Source: Chlorokybus atmophyticus (taxonomy: Eukaryota > Plantae > Mesostigma and Chlorokybus algae). From it: a DNA stretch of 64,000 nucleotides. Shown piece by piece: positions 8,128 to 21,079 of the stretch (position 1 is its first letter; every line of letters begins with the position of its first letter). Position numbers and translations under genes: made by a program. A model generated the notes under the pieces. The model saw only the letters and a list, made by a program, of their open reading frames with translations. It made no database searches and was not told where the DNA came from. The DNA is taken from positions 1,454,017-1,518,016 of the forward strand of contig RHPI01003369.1 of NCBI GenBank assembly GCA_009103225.1, written 5' to 3'.

Positions 8128-11100
8128 CAGTCTACCCTCGCTAAGAGCATTCTGTTCATCCTCAGCCATCTCATGCTCTTGGCGGGTTTATTCTGTAAGC
8201 GTTTATAAGCATAATATGCTATTGACTACCAAGAGCATACACATGCTATTAGCGGGGTCTTGTGTATAATACTTTTTCGCTTTAGCATAGTGAGCAATGA
8301 AGCTCAACAATGCCCATGTTGCTACATTCTTGCTTGAATACCATACAGTTGCGTTGCTATAGTCAGATGAATCCAAACAACATTCTTACCATTTGGGTGA
8401 CATGCAGCCAAGATGCTGCGGTGGTAATGCATTGTGTAATGTACATGTGCTAAGCCTGTCAATGGGCTTGAAATGTGTTTCAGTGTGTTGACTTTTGTGT
8501 GTGATGCAAAGCATGCACACTTGCATGCATGTCTCATGCCTTGAACATAATGAAAGTCACATGTACATCACACATCTCAGCCACTAGTCATCAACTACAA
8601 GAGGGTCTTCGGCCGTTGCGCTGGTGGTGGCTGCGTGTGATGTTGATGCCTCATTGCTCGAGGCAAGAAACGTGCAAGCGTGTCTGGTGCGAGGAGCCAA
8701 ATAGCTGATAACAAATTACCACATTGCGAATGTGCTGCAACGCCAACTGTAGATGCTCAGGCATAAAACACTCATTGCCAGCCACGAAGGCCTCAATACT
8801 GTCCAAGTGCTGAAGACACCCGAAGGTCGTCACAACCGGCGGTGCGCACTCATCATCACATGCAATGTGTTATGTGAAATTTATGAGAAGGAAAGCTACA
8901 TACGGTGTGCATGCACGCGTACACACCTTCCGCGTCGGGATCGGCGGTGTCGCCCGGTGGTGGAGTCAGTGCCCCAACACTCATAAAAATGTCCTCGTCA
9001 CATTGGCTAGCCTCAGTAGGAAGATGATCGTCCGCCTCGACGAACTCGACAGCGGAGAGCATGTGAGCACGTGGAATGGGCAAACGCTGCATCATCTCAC
9101 CCATGTCGTGTATCACCGCGTGAATGATGCGCTTGGTGTCGGCGGGAGTGGCCTCATACCATTCCGCGGGGGTAATGCCAGTCTTCCTCCAACAGTTGGC
9201 AATGGCTGTGGCAGTCATCTCGTCCCACGCCTCACGACTCCACATGATGGCTTCACGCATCTGCACCTTCACTTTACTCAAGTTGAGGGTGGGTCTGCAT
9301 CATATTGCTAGAAATGATGCTGCACAAGCTTCCGTTTGTACCTGCACATGAAGACCATCAACAACATGATGTACACCACAACAAATTCTGACAAACAAGG
9401 GGGGTTTGAGGGGCCGGGGCCCCAACCCAGAAACTTTGATATTCTCATAAAGAAAAAGGCTCTGTTTGTTCATAACACGGCATGTATTGTGACTTACCTG
9501 GCCTTGTATGCAGCGATGATGCCAGCATCCAAAGGTTGGACTCTGGATATAGTGGCCGGGAGAAATAGACACGTTATGTGGCTTAATGACAACATTTGGA
9601 AGCCTTTTTCCAAGCCCTGTTATGCATACACGCAGGCATGCGTTGAGGAGTTGTCCAACAGCAGCAAGATGTGGTTGTTTTGTAGCTTCATATTTAGATT
9701 GAAGGCACACAACCACCGGCTAAAGACCTGTTGCAAGCATCACAACAGCAAGTGATATGCACAATCAATGCATATGCAGCTGCAAAGGAATGTTGCACAT
9801 GCACATGCACTCACCCCGGAGTTCATCCAAGCCTTCTTGTTATAGTTGTAGTCAACGCCAATGCGGATTGGCGTCCAAGTGCTGCCAAAGGACTTCGGAC
9901 ATTTGTAGGTGCCAATGATGAGGATTGGTCGCTTTTCAGAACCGTCAGCATTGACACACAAAACTGCCGTGATTCTGTCCTTCTCTCGCTTGCCCCCTCT
10001 AACTTCCTTCGATGCAACTACTAATGTACAACGCGGACGTGCTCTATAGAACACTCCGCTCTCATCCATATTCCATACATTAATAATGCGATAGTTTGCT
10101 AAGATCAAAGGCAATCAACTACGAGCTGCATCCACACCCTCCGCATCTGCATCAGCTGCTTCGCCATACAGAGTTTTGCCAGCAAATGAATGATGCTTTT
10201 TAAAACGGTGCACCCAACCTTGCGAAGCGTTGAACCCTTCTATTCCTAACCGGTTGGCAAAATCCGATGCTTTCTCCATCAACAATGCATCAGTGATCAA
10301 CGCATTGCGTGCTCTGGCCTATGCAAACGACTCATACAATCCATCCTCTAACTTGGGATGAGCCCCAATCCGCATCCTTTTGTATTTGGCCGCATGCTTG
10401 CCACCCACAACCCACCCAACACATTGGCTATTTGCTGTCGCTGTTTGTTGAGAAGTTTGGAGAGCGAACTCTGCTTGATAGTGAACTTCAACTTAGTTCT
10501 AACAATAGCAACCAAGTCCGCTTTCTTAAGACCTTCATTGGCGTCACACAACCCAAGGATGCGCTACTTGTCTTTTAGAGGAAGGTTATAACGCTTGATT
10601 TGTGCGGCCATGCGGACCTACAACAACGATGACACACTACATTACTGTTTGTACATACACAATCACACACTGCATGTACGTGCATGCACTGCATGTGCAT
10701 TGCAAACCCTTACTTGTTGTGCGCCGCCAGCAGCGGCGCTGCGACAGCCGTGACCAGCTAGCCGCCCTACAAATTGAGCGGCATGCCCATCAACTATACC
10801 CCGCCCGCCATTGCTGCCCCAACCTGCGTCTCCTCACCGCCGTTGCTGCCCCCAGCCTGCGTCTCCTCACCGTCGTTGCTGCCGTCCGAAGTGGCGGCGG
10901 TGATGCTTTGCAATGCTAAGTTACATTAAGATACAGTGATTTACATGCATCACGCCCATCATGCTCATCATGCTGTGCGCCGTATGCATCACACTTGCAC
11001 CCCCCCGATACAAGCATATCCTCACTTAAACTTACGATTTTTTCAAGGAAAAAAGATATGCTCTTTGCGGTTGGTCATATTCTCTGAAGACGCGTAATTT

Positions 11101-11186
11101 GCCTTTTAAACGCTTAAATATCTCATTTTTTATGATATTAACGGGGTTATTCTCTTGAAACAAATTCCCTTGGCGGGGGTAGACTG
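8128..11186 (-). mobile_element. Full-length pogo/Tigger-like (Tc1/mariner superfamily) DNA transposon, 3059 bp
   Basis: 24-bp imperfect TIRs (cagtctaccctcgctaagagcatt vs cagtctacccccgccaagggaatt; 20/24 identical) and a TA TSD at 8126-8127 and 11187-11188. Confidence 0.92.
8651..10610 (-). pseudogene. Intron-containing pogo-family transposase (CENP-B-type HTH, HTH_Tnp_Tc5, DDE_1), disabled
   Basis: MAAQIKRYNLPLKDK*RIL; ITDALLMEKA..FNASQGWVHRFKKHH; NMDESG; DRITAVLCVNADGSEK; AWMNSG|VFSRWL; ILLLLDNSSTH; VQPLDAGIIAAYKAR|Y; AWDEMTATAIANCWRKTGI. Contains stops and frameshifts. Confidence 0.88.
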
Positions 11187-11625
11187 TACAGAGAATGTGC
11201 GACCCATTGTATTAAGCAGTATACAGTGTCTTAAATACTATGCTACTAAGCATTAATCAAAGTTAACACTAGTCAACGGTCCAAGTCAATAATCAAAGTT
11301 AAAGTTGACCATGGTTGACCATAACGGCCATAACTCTTATAACTTGCGTAACTATCATGGTTAAGCTGATCGTACCAACCACATGTAGGCACCTATACAT
11401 GTACCTCAACCTATAACCTTGAACACGAGGTGGAGGCATTCCTTAAGGACAAGCTGGTGGGAAGTGTGCGCAAGTACTTTGCGAAGTGGCTCGGCCATGC
11501 GATGCACGAGGCGACATACGAACCCAAGGAGAGCTTCACCGATGCCAATTAGTTTTGCAAGAGTACAAGGGCAGTACAAGGCACTCTTTAGCTTCAAGAA
11601 CGAAGCTCCCCCAGGAGGGAAGGGG

Positions 11626-12131
11626 TGTAACAGCATAGAGCGTTTTCTATATCTTAGTGTACATAAAGCACTTGCTGTGCCTTTGTTGCTGGCTTAATGA
11701 AGACTACTGTAAAGCTTTCTGAGGCCCTTTTTTGCACCGGCTTGGCTGCAGCGCGCAATTGCGCCTGCAACCCACCTAGTGACAGCTGCTTGTCAACGAT
11801 GAGACCTACTGCTAGGGCAGCTATAACGGCTTTGTTGACTAGCCCCGCGCTATGCACTGCCAAATAATGCGGACTCCAAAGTCAGATGCCGACATGTGAC
11901 ACCAAGGGGCACATGGTGTGACGCGGATTGCACAGTGCGCCAACTCGATGCAAGTGGCAGCAGCCTGCGCGTGGACTTGTCCTTTTGATGTGATAGTAAA
12001 TAAGTTGCCTGATACAAAGCTGCTACTTCATGGTGCTTGTATAATAGGAAAACCCTTTGTTTAGTACCAACTTTAGCTTTCTGCTTTTTATTGTAAGTAT
12101 GCTGGTGTATGCCCGAGAGCGTCGTGATACA
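11626..12131 (+). repeat. Probable 3' LTR of the chromovirus
   Basis: Begins TGTAAC immediately after the PPT. The right end (..gtgataca) is a guess because no second copy is present in the window. Confidence 0.5.
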
Positions 12132-12169
12132 ATACACATTCCTGCATTCGTGCTTGGCGTGAGAAGCAG

Positions 12170-13657
12170 TAGTGTTGTGTGCGTGTGCCTACTCAATGTG
12201 TTGCTCCCACGGACTTGATGCTTGTGTTCATGACACCATCCTTCTCCTCGTGCTGCCAAAAGGCTAGCAGTAACTCTCGCAGACCTTTGTGTCTGCGACC
12301 TCCGTCTACGCATGTCCTTCACGCGCCCTTGCAGTGGGAGAGGACGGACGAACACCATCCACTGCAACTCCTTGAGGTCCTCACCAATGCTAGAAAGCAA
12401 TTGCCATCGTGGCGTGCTCCTCCTTGGTTGCCTCATCGTGGATCCTCATCTGACACCCGCATATAAAGTGGCCCTTCATCTTGCAGTAGTGACACTCTTT
12501 GTTACGTGATGGCTTCCCACCATTTGCTTTGCTCCTGCTTCGTGTGTGTTGAGAAGATAAGGCAGCAAGTGCAATAGGTTCTCCACCATTCTCTATCTCC
12601 TGAACATCCAACTTGCCTTCCACAGCTAGCAGCTTAGGCACTACATCAGCAAACTTCAAAACCACATCTGAAGATTCCAGTACAGTTGCTAGCGTAGCAA
12701 AGCTCCTTCCTAAGCCAGCTAAGACTGCCCACATCACCTCCTCTTCCTTCACATTGTGGCCCACTGCTGCAAGGTCTGACCAAAGCTCCCTTGCACGCGA
12801 GATGTACTTCTGGATTGGCTCTTTGTGCTCCATCTCCAGAAGTGTCAGCTTGCGTCTTAGCTGCAACTTGCGCGAGTTGCTATTGGCCTTGAAGAGGGTG
12901 TCGAAGACCTCCCACACCTCACGTCCAGTCTTGCAATCCGCAATGAGGGGGAGATGGAAGTCTTTAATGTGCAAGCCTTTCAGCACAAAAGCTGATTGTG
13001 AGTTCTCTGTTCTGGTACCAGCATCACCTGTTCTTGGCCGCAATGATGTGGAGGAGGTGGGGTCAACAAAACTCCAGAGCTTCTTGCGGATCAGCACCAA
13101 CTTCATTTTCAGCGATCATGAAGCGTATTGTTGTGCAGATCAAGGGACTCGATGGGCATCCTATCTGTGTCAGCCATTGCTTGCTACATAATAGTACAAC
13201 TCACCCTCTCCCCAAGAATACTATACTAGTAGGTGCCTATGCTTAACACTTTTTCTCACTAGCACAAGTGATCACACAAGCGAGTGTGGGCCCATAACCT
13301 GTTGAGAACTAGTGATGCGTATTACACATAATTGTGCACACATTAAGGACAAGTGCAGCAAGCACGCCAATTATAAAGACAATATGCGACCCATTGTATT
13401 AAGCAGTATACAGTGTCTTATATACTTTGCTACTAAGCACTAGTCACCTCAGGTCAAAGTCAACACTAGTCAACACTAGTCAATGGTTAAAGTCAATGGT
13501 CAAAGTCAAAGTTGACCATTGTTGACCATAACTGACATAACTCCCATAACTCTCGTAACTCTGTAACTATGACTATAACGGTTAAGCTGATTGTACCAAT
13601 ACTACATGTAGGCGCCGCCTATACATGTACTTTCTACAATCTATAACATTTAAAGCA
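12170..13657 (-). mobile_element. Gag-only copia copy C (5' LTR 13300-~13657, PBS, gag 12390-13106, 3' part deleted)
   Basis: Gag is highly similar to 4083..4868, with an N-terminal frameshift. PBS gtgggcccataacc at 13286-13299. Confidence 0.9.
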
Positions 13658-13659
13658 CA

Positions 13660-14045
13660 TGTGTAGGACAAGCATGAGGGTGCGAACTTGACTCGTGAAA
13701 ACATGCACATGCGTGCATCATTGGCCTTATGAAGGTGTGGGCTCGTCATCTATGTAGAGGTATCCAAACAGATACCCATTCATCTATTTGCATCCAGTTG
13801 TTGCGCATCCCTCCTCCCCTCGCATCGGGTGGGGGGGGACGGCCCGCACTTAACACCTTTGCTTGTCCACCTCTGTATTCACATCATGACTATTCATATA
13901 TTACGGTAAGAGGGACAAGAGGTTTGCATTTGCATTAGCATGTGGGGGGTGGTGACGTCAATGTGGGTGCGCCTGGCGTTAAACCCAGGGGCTCAGAGCC
14001 TATGCATGAATGCCCGCAACCAGCGTTGCTTACATGTGCTTGATG
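13660..14045 (+). mobile_element. DIRS-like gag internal fragment, inverted relative to the adjacent element
   Basis: Matches 25750-26120 (plus) and 15860-16240 (minus). Abuts the RT of the minus-strand copy. Confidence 0.8.
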
Positions 14046-15618
14046 CACCAGCATTGCAAGTCTCTGAGCAAACCATCGCACTTCTTGCCGGGGACATAAA
14101 CAGTGCCAGCGTGTGTATCCCACACAAAGCCGAGGAATGATGACTAAGCTGAGCACAATCTGCGCCTTGGTGTTGATCACCAGCCCGCACCATGCTGCAT
14201 CCGCTTGCACAATGCAGGGGGTGCAGGCATGCTCCGCCTTGGAGCGAGCAGCAAATAGGAAGTCATCAATATATGGCAATACGTGAATGCCCTGCACACG
14301 CCAATGGCGCACCAATTGCTTTATAACCTTCATAAACACAAAGCAAGCCGTGCTCACCCCAAATGGCAACGAGCAAGAGTCGAAGACTTTGCCCGCAAAC
14401 AAGAACCCCTGGTAGCCACAACAGGCGGGCTGGATGTCCACATGATGATAGCCGGACTTCAAATCCGTAAAGAACAACCAATCCTCAGGTTGCAGCAAGT
14501 TCGGGATGCTGCGTACATCCTTATACTTGAACGGCGTGTTCACCATGTAGGAGCTAACATAGCGCAAGTCGACAATGAGGCGCAACGTGCGGCCATGGTC
14601 GACCACATTGAGTGGGCTCACCACGAGGGGGGTGTCACACACTCTTGTGCGGACCCACTATGCTTTAGGTTGGCAATGGCAGCTGCAGTGAAGCCTGCAA
14701 AGTCGTGCACACCCTTGTGGTTGGTGAATGCCCTTGGTGGTGGTGGGTCTTGAGCCCATGGTAGCTTGTACCCATACTTCACCCATGAGAGCACTATATA
14801 AGACTATCAGAATTCACGCCATGCTGGCAGGGCATCACGCAGGTGATGACAAATAGGACCCCTCGACATTGAGGTTGGCAGAAACGCGAGCAAACTCATG
14901 GTTCTTTATCCAGTCATGAACAAGGTCCTCCTCCGTGCTAGTATAGGCCACTGCACACGACCACAGTTTCCTCAACAATGGAGCTCAGCAAGAGCCTCAA
15001 CGGCATGGCGACCGGAAAACGACCACAACTTGTGCAAACAGTGTTGAAATTAGGTTTTATTTTGCTCGGCACAACGCTATCTGCGTCAATGTGATGGTTA
15101 CAACATGTTTCATTCCCACTCGTCCTGTTTAGGGATGTTTTGAGACCCCTAGCAAAAGTTACGAGCAAAATAGCGATATTTTTGGTACTAGATCAATAAT
15201 CCAACACTTTCATTCACCCAGCTCTCATGTTAATTCATCAAAGCAACAGTTGCAACCGCAGACTAGCGTCCCATCGGGCTATAGCATCAACGAGTGCAAG
15301 TGTACAGCTACTAGGCTGTCACAACAGCTACAAAGCTGCGCTACCAAACTAGTGGCCGCCACGGCCGGCTGAGGGCTTACGGCAATAGGCTCGCAAGTGC
15401 CCCAGCTCCCCACAGTTGCAGCAAGTGCGGGAGTTGCGGTGGCCCCCCGTAGACGTGGCTTGAGACTGCATAGGAGCGGTCCTGTAACTGGTATGCCCCG
15501 CTTCAGTTGCATAGAACCCAGAGTAGCGGGGGGGNNNNNNNNNNNNNNNNNNNNNNNNNNNNNNNNNNNNNNNNNNNNNNNNNNNNNNNNNNNNNNNNNN
15601 NNNNNNNNNNNNNNNNNN

Positions 15619-15653
<35 letters not shown>

Positions 15654-17194
15654 ACTGACCCACCCCTTGTTGGGAGTGTAGGCCACCTTTGCCTCCAGCT
15701 TGGGCTGCGCCGCAGCCGCCTCCTTGATTGCCTTCTTAAGGCACTTTGCCTCTGCATCATCCGTAGCTAGAAAGTATCTCGTAAGCTCCTCCACCACCTT
15801 CCAACTATGCTTGTTGGCCACTTTCACATGGTGGAACTGCTAGCACACCTTGTCAAATGCTGGTGCACATAGCACATGTGAGCAACGCTGGTTGCGGGCG
15901 TTCATGCATAAGCTCAGAGCCCTTGGGTTTGGCGCAAGGCGCACCCACATTCATATCACCATCTTCCACATGCAAATGCAAATACAACCTGCTGTGCCTT
16001 TACCTTGTAAATAGTCATTATGTAAATACAGAGGTGGACACGCAAGGGTGTTGAGTGCGGACCCTCCCCCCCCACCGGACATGGGGGGAGGAGGGATGCG
16101 GGACAAGTGTATTTATATAGATGACTGTGTACCTATACATGCCTTTACATCGGCAACGGGCCAGCCTTTATAAGGCTCATGATAATCGCATGTGCGTGTG
16201 TGCGTGGGTAAAGCCCGCACCCTCATATATTCCTACATGTATGCACGTGCTCAACAAAGAAGGAGCCCACCTTTTATGTTCTCTTTGCGGCCTTTGATGA
16301 AGTAAGGATCATCGGCGAGGTGAGCGGGTACACGGTTGAAGGAAGCAGCCGCCGAGGCAATGTACGCCGCCACGTCGTTATGTTGCCTAGCCCGCCTCTT
16401 CATGTTCTCCTTCCAAGGGACAGCGGGATCGTTAAAGCGCGTGGCCAACACCTCCGCACGAGCATTGGGTGTGGTGGAGTCGCCTTTGTCGCGGCGAAAG
16501 ATGCTCACGAGCAGTGGGTGGTTGGGCTTGTCACTGGGCTTATCGCTAGGGATGGCGGGCGCCTTCTCACTCTTAAAGCGCATGTTCTCCGCCTCCAACT
16601 CCTCCAACCTCCTTGCCATGGCCTCTGTGGGTGTCATGAACGGGGTGGAAGCGTTGGAGAGCGGGCTCGCTCCCTCTTCTTACGCTTGTAAGTGATGAAG
16701 GGCGGGTCCACATCGTCCTGCTCCTCCTTGCCGCCACCATCACCCTCCTTATTTACCTCCTCCTCTCCCCTCCCCATGGGGGGGCGCACCTCTCCCTTTT
16801 CCCTCGCCGCTCTCCTCTCCTCCTCCTCACTCATGGTGTGTCAATGCGGACTTGTAGCTCGCGCCAACCTATTGGCGGCAAGCCTAGCCGCCACGGCCGT
16901 GGCTTCCACGCCGTTTCCACCATCAAGGGCACTTGCTTGCGCCCGGATTTGAGGCATAGTGGAAGGCCGATCCTCCCCTACCTCCTCACCACACCCGTCA
17001 CCCAAGCCAAGGATGGCGCCGCCGTGAAAGGGTTTTAAGTAACTAGATAAGGAGCTTGAGACTCACAACTCACGCTTGGTGAATGCTTGTGCCCCCAAGT
17101 GCCCAAGGCACTAAGGGCACAAGAGTCTCATAACTCATTAACGAGTTCTTGAGTTCGTGGGCGCGTACTTCATGCGCTTCATGAACACATATAA
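14046..17194 (-). mobile_element. DIRS/PAT-like retroelement, 5' portion (left terminus, ORF1/gag, RT), truncated in the RT thumb
   Basis: Left terminus TTATATGTGTTCATGAAG starts at 17194. ORF1 16251..16940; gag with ..VVEELT..LATDDAEAK.LKKAIKEA and CCNCGELGHLRAYC; RT 14050-14900. Confidence 0.85.
14050..14900 (-). pseudogene. DIRS-type reverse transcriptase
   Basis: GYKLPWAQDPPPP..F.N; VVSPLNVV..LRLIVDLR; TDLKSGYHHVDI; LPFGVSTACFVF.K; HWRVQGIHVLPYIDDFLFAA. Confidence 0.9.
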
Positions 17195-17204
17195 GTTAAT
17201 GGAT

Positions 17205-17335
17205 GTGGCGCATACGGGTGGAACTACCATACAATTCTCTTTGTTGTTGACATGCTTGTGTGTTACACTTGGTGTTCCCCTAATGTGAGTGTTTTTATGA
17301 GGCAGGGCGCATACATGCACACTAGTTTTCAACAT
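17205..17335 (+). repeat. Fragment of the second copia-family LTR
   Basis: Matches 30325-30452 (tgtggcgcatac.ggtggaact...cacttggtgttcccctaatgtg...gggcgcatacatgcacactagtt). Confidence 0.75.
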
Positions 17336-17930
17336 CTTTTGGCGGCCGTGGGCGAAGTTGGCATCATTGGCAAGGTGCGCGGGCACACGGTTACAGGAGC
17401 TCACCGCCGCGCCGAGGTAAGCTGCCGCATCCACATGTTGCCTAGCCCGCCTTTTTTTTTTTTATGTTTTTTTTATTCTTCTCCTCAGGGATCGTGAGCT
17501 CGCTACAATGGTTGCACATTGCCTCCACCCGAGCATTGGGAATTAAAGACGGTCATGGCAAATGATGCTCACACATAGTGGGGGGGTGTGCACCAGCTCG
17601 TCCACTACCTACCAATCATGCTTGTTTGCCACTTTCACGGAGTGGAATTGCTTACACATCTCCTTCAATGCTGCGCACAGAGCACACATGAGCAACACAC
17701 ATTGCATGTTCATTCGGGCCCAAAGCCACCGGGTCTAGCGCCAAGCGCACCCGCAACCCATTCCCATACCTACCATGTGCATATGCGCATGCAAATGCAA
17801 ATAGTGCTCTGTTGTGCTTATTACCTTAATGTGATGTGGTCATTATGCAAATACAGTGGTGAGCATGCAAGGGGGCTAGGTGCGGGCCCTCCCCCCCCCT
17901 GGATGCGGGGGGAGGATAGATGCTGAACAA
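17336..17930 (-). mobile_element. Scrambled DIRS-like ORF1/gag fragments
   Basis: DAAAYLGAAVSSCNRVPAHLANDANFAHGR and VANKHDW match ORF1 and gag of the other copies. Confidence 0.7.
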
Positions 17931-17949
17931 TGCATCTCGTGCATCTTTA

Positions 17950-18740
17950 TAGTCAATGAAGCAGCGTCTTTATACGGCCCACAAAGCACGCATGTGTAAA
18001 TGGGCATGGACAAAGTCCGCACCCACATGATGGTGTTCCAACGATACTCGTGCACACACGTGGTGAAAGTACGCGCAGCTTCTTGCGGATTGGTCATCAA
18101 CGTCAAAGCATAAGCGGTGTTCAACCATGTCGCTATCCTTGGCTATGTGTGGGATATACACCCTGGCGTGGTACATATTCCCAGCGACAAGAGGGATGGT
18201 TGGCTCAGCGTTGTGCAGCGTGCCCTTAGTGATAAGCGCCACATATTAGTAAGATTGTTGGCTAGAAAGTATGGCAAGCTACACTTTATGTTCGTTGTGT
18301 TGGGTCCTGCAGTTAAACTACTCATGAGAAGAGACACATGACGTATAATTGAAACACGCCACACTTGAAGTTTACACGTGTGGCTACAAGACCATCTTCA
18401 TGAGCTTTGTGTGGCGCCCATATGGCCTTCGGTGTAGTTAGGCATTGTGCAGTTTATAGATGCTAGCGATACTGACTAGGGGCTGATGCGCCATGGTACA
18501 AGTATTCACATGGCTACAAGCACATTTTAACAGCCGCTAAGTGCCTGACTTTATCTACATACCGCGAGCTATTAGGCTGTGAGTGTCAACTACTTGTTGT
18601 GGAGGAAGAGCTGTGCTATTGAATGGTGTGCTCTACCATGGCAATTCCCGCAATGTACTACATCATGCACAAAGGGGCAATGAAGCCGCGCACTTGCAAC
18701 AAGTGACATGTATAGCCTCTTATATTGCCACTAGTATTGC
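17950..18740 (+). mobile_element. DIRS-like RT thumb + RNase H relic
   Basis: GLVINVK..ILGYVWDI..IPSDK..VRLLARKYGKL..LGPAVKL; FIDASDTD*G; LSTYRELL; YIMHKG. Confidence 0.75.
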
Positions 18741-18783
18741 ATATTACTTGATTACCATATAAGCTAAGTGAGCAGGCGGACAA

Positions 18784-21079
18784 TGTTAAAAGTTATAGGT
18801 TGTTTAAGGTACATGTATAGGCGGCACCTACACATAGTTGGTACAATCAGCTTAACCTTGACAGTTACGGGAGTTACAAGAGTTATATAGGATCAATGGC
18901 AGTTGTAGTCAACCATGGTCACCATTGGCTTTGACTGTTGACTTTGACCGTTGATGAGTATTAACTAGTGTTGACTTTGATTGGAGTAAACTTAAGTTGC
19001 CTAGTGCTTAGTAGCATAATATGTAAGACATTGTATGCTGCTTAATATAATGGGTCGCATAATGTCTCTATAGTCGGCGTGCTTGCTGCACTTGTCCTTT
19101 GTGTGTGCACACTTGTATGTGAGAGGCGCATACACACACATTGGGCGCATCACTTGTTGTCTATACCTAGTAGGTTATGGGCCCACACTCGCTTATATGA
19201 TTGCGTATGCTAGTGAGAAAAAGTGTTGAGCATAGGAGCCTACTAGTAGATGTTCGTTGGGAAAGGGTGAATTGTACAATTGCGTAGCAAGCAATGGCTG
19301 ATATGGATAGGATCCACTTCGAGTCCTTTAATTTGCAACTATGCTTTATGGTCGGTACAGACGAAATTGATGCTGATCCACAAATAGCTCTGGAGTTTTG
19401 TGGACCCCGTCTCCTCCACATTATTATGGCCAAGCTTAGGTTACACTAGTACATAGACAGAGAACTCATAATCAGCTTTTGCGCTAATAGGCTTGCACGT
19501 AAAAGACTTCCATCTCCCCTCAATGGCGGATTGCAAGACTGGACGCGAGGCGTAGGAGGTGTTCGACACCCTCCTAAAGGCAAAAAACACCTCGCGCAAT
19601 TTGTAGTTGAGACGCAAGCTGACACTCCTGAAGATAAAGCACAAGGAGCCAGTCCAAAAGTACAACTCGCGTGCAAGGGAGCTTTGACAAGACCTTGCGG
19701 CAGTGGGCCACAGTGTGAAGGAAGAGGAGGTAATGTGGGAAATTGTAGCTGGCTTAGGAAAGAGCTTTGCTATGCTCATAAATGTTGTGTCGAAGTCCTT
19801 CAATGTGGTGTTGAAGTACCTAAGTTGCTTGCTGCGGAAGGCAACATGGGTGTTAAGGACATAAAGAATGGTGGAAAACGTATCACATTTGCTGCCTCCT
19901 CTCTTTAATACACGCGAAGCAGAAGCAAAGCAGGTGGTAGGAAGCCATCAGGTGACGAAGAGTGTCACAACGGCTATGTGAAGGGCCGTTGCATTCGCGA
20001 GTGCCATAAGAGGATCCATGATGAGGCAACCAAGGAAGAGCACGCCACAATGCCGATTGCATTTTGATATTCGTGCGACCTCAAGAAGTTGCAGTGGATG
20101 GTGTTTGCCCGTCCTCTCCCATTGCAACGGCGCGTACAAGACATGCATAGACGTAGGTCGCAAACACAAAGGTCTGAATGACTTATCGCGTAGCGTATAG
20201 TAGTTGCTGGTGTTGAGCTGCATGCTGTAGAGTTTGCATTGTCGTGAAGTTGCTTCAAAAAAGCACAATGATGTGCAATACTGACTGGATCACTGTATGA
20301 GATAGGCATGCAAGGACTGAGTTGTATTGCTAGCTAACAAACAAAGGGAGGGGTGCAATGGTAGAAGGTTCTAATTAACCCTTGCACGGCCTACACTCTG
20401 GTACAGCATTGCTAAGGTAGAGAACTTGGTGTAGTGTATAGCATAGTTTAAACTATCTCAGCAAGGTCAGGCGTGGTGAAACCTGATGCGTCAACTATGA
20501 GGAGGAAACCACGAAGTATTGAAACCTTGTAGCTCTGCTGGCAGTATGAGGAGAATGATGGTATCAAAGAGTCAAGTATTTAATCTGGGGAGTGGCAGTG
20601 ATACATTCGCGGGAGTGTCGAATGGAGTGAGTTAATGTGGGTAAGCTTGCACAAAGAATTTAAAAATAAAGGTCAAGCTGCTCGCTTTGGGAATGTTAAG
20701 CTTTAAAGGTCGTTGAAGGTACATGTTTAGGCGGCGCCTACACGTAGTTGGTGCAATTAACTTAACTTCAATAGTTACGGGAGTTACGAGAGTTATATAG
20801 GATTAATGGCAGTTGTGGTGAATCGCCAATATGGTTAACCATGGTCATTTTTGACTGCAATTGTTGACTTTTATCGTTGACTAGAGTTGACTTTGATTGG
20901 AGTAAATTAAAGTTGTCTAGTGCTTAGTAGCATAATATATAAGACATTGTATATTGCTTGATATAGTGGGTCGCACATTATCTCTGTAGTTGGCGTGCTT
21001 GCTGCACTTGTCCTTAGTGTGTGCACACTTGTATGTGAGAGGCGCATACACACACTAGGCGCATCAATGGCTCTCAACA
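18784..21079 (+). mobile_element. Gag-only copia copy D, complete but degenerate
   Basis: 5' LTR 18784-~19170, PBS ggttatgggccc at 19173, decayed gag 19295-20070, PPT, 3' LTR 20694-21079. No TSD (gacaa vs cctcc). Confidence 0.88.

Larger units (their letters stand above)
8033..11425 (-). mobile_element. Solo LTR of the gag-only copia family (8033-8127 + 11187-11425), interrupted by a pogo transposon
   Basis: The two halves rejoin at aacTA/cagag to give the family LTR. Flanks ggaga / cgagg each differ by one base from a GGAGG TSD. Confidence 0.85.
7940..11625 (+). mobile_element. Ty3/gypsy chromovirus 3' end (integrase tail + chromodomain), split by a solo LTR
   Basis: Joining 7997-8032 to 11426 onward restores LVCEGQAKWEVEAFLKDKLVGSVRKYFAKWLGHAMHEATYEPKES (chromodomain), followed by the PPT aggagggaagggg at 11613-11625. 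Confidence 0.8.

Noticed and set aside
15535-15650. Poly-G/poly-C tracts and poly-Pro/Gly ORFs next to N-gaps (also 26379-26478, 35527-35926)
   Set aside because: Typical gap-edge artefacts. The same PPRYSGS.ASGA sequence is repeated on both sides of the 26.4-kb gap.
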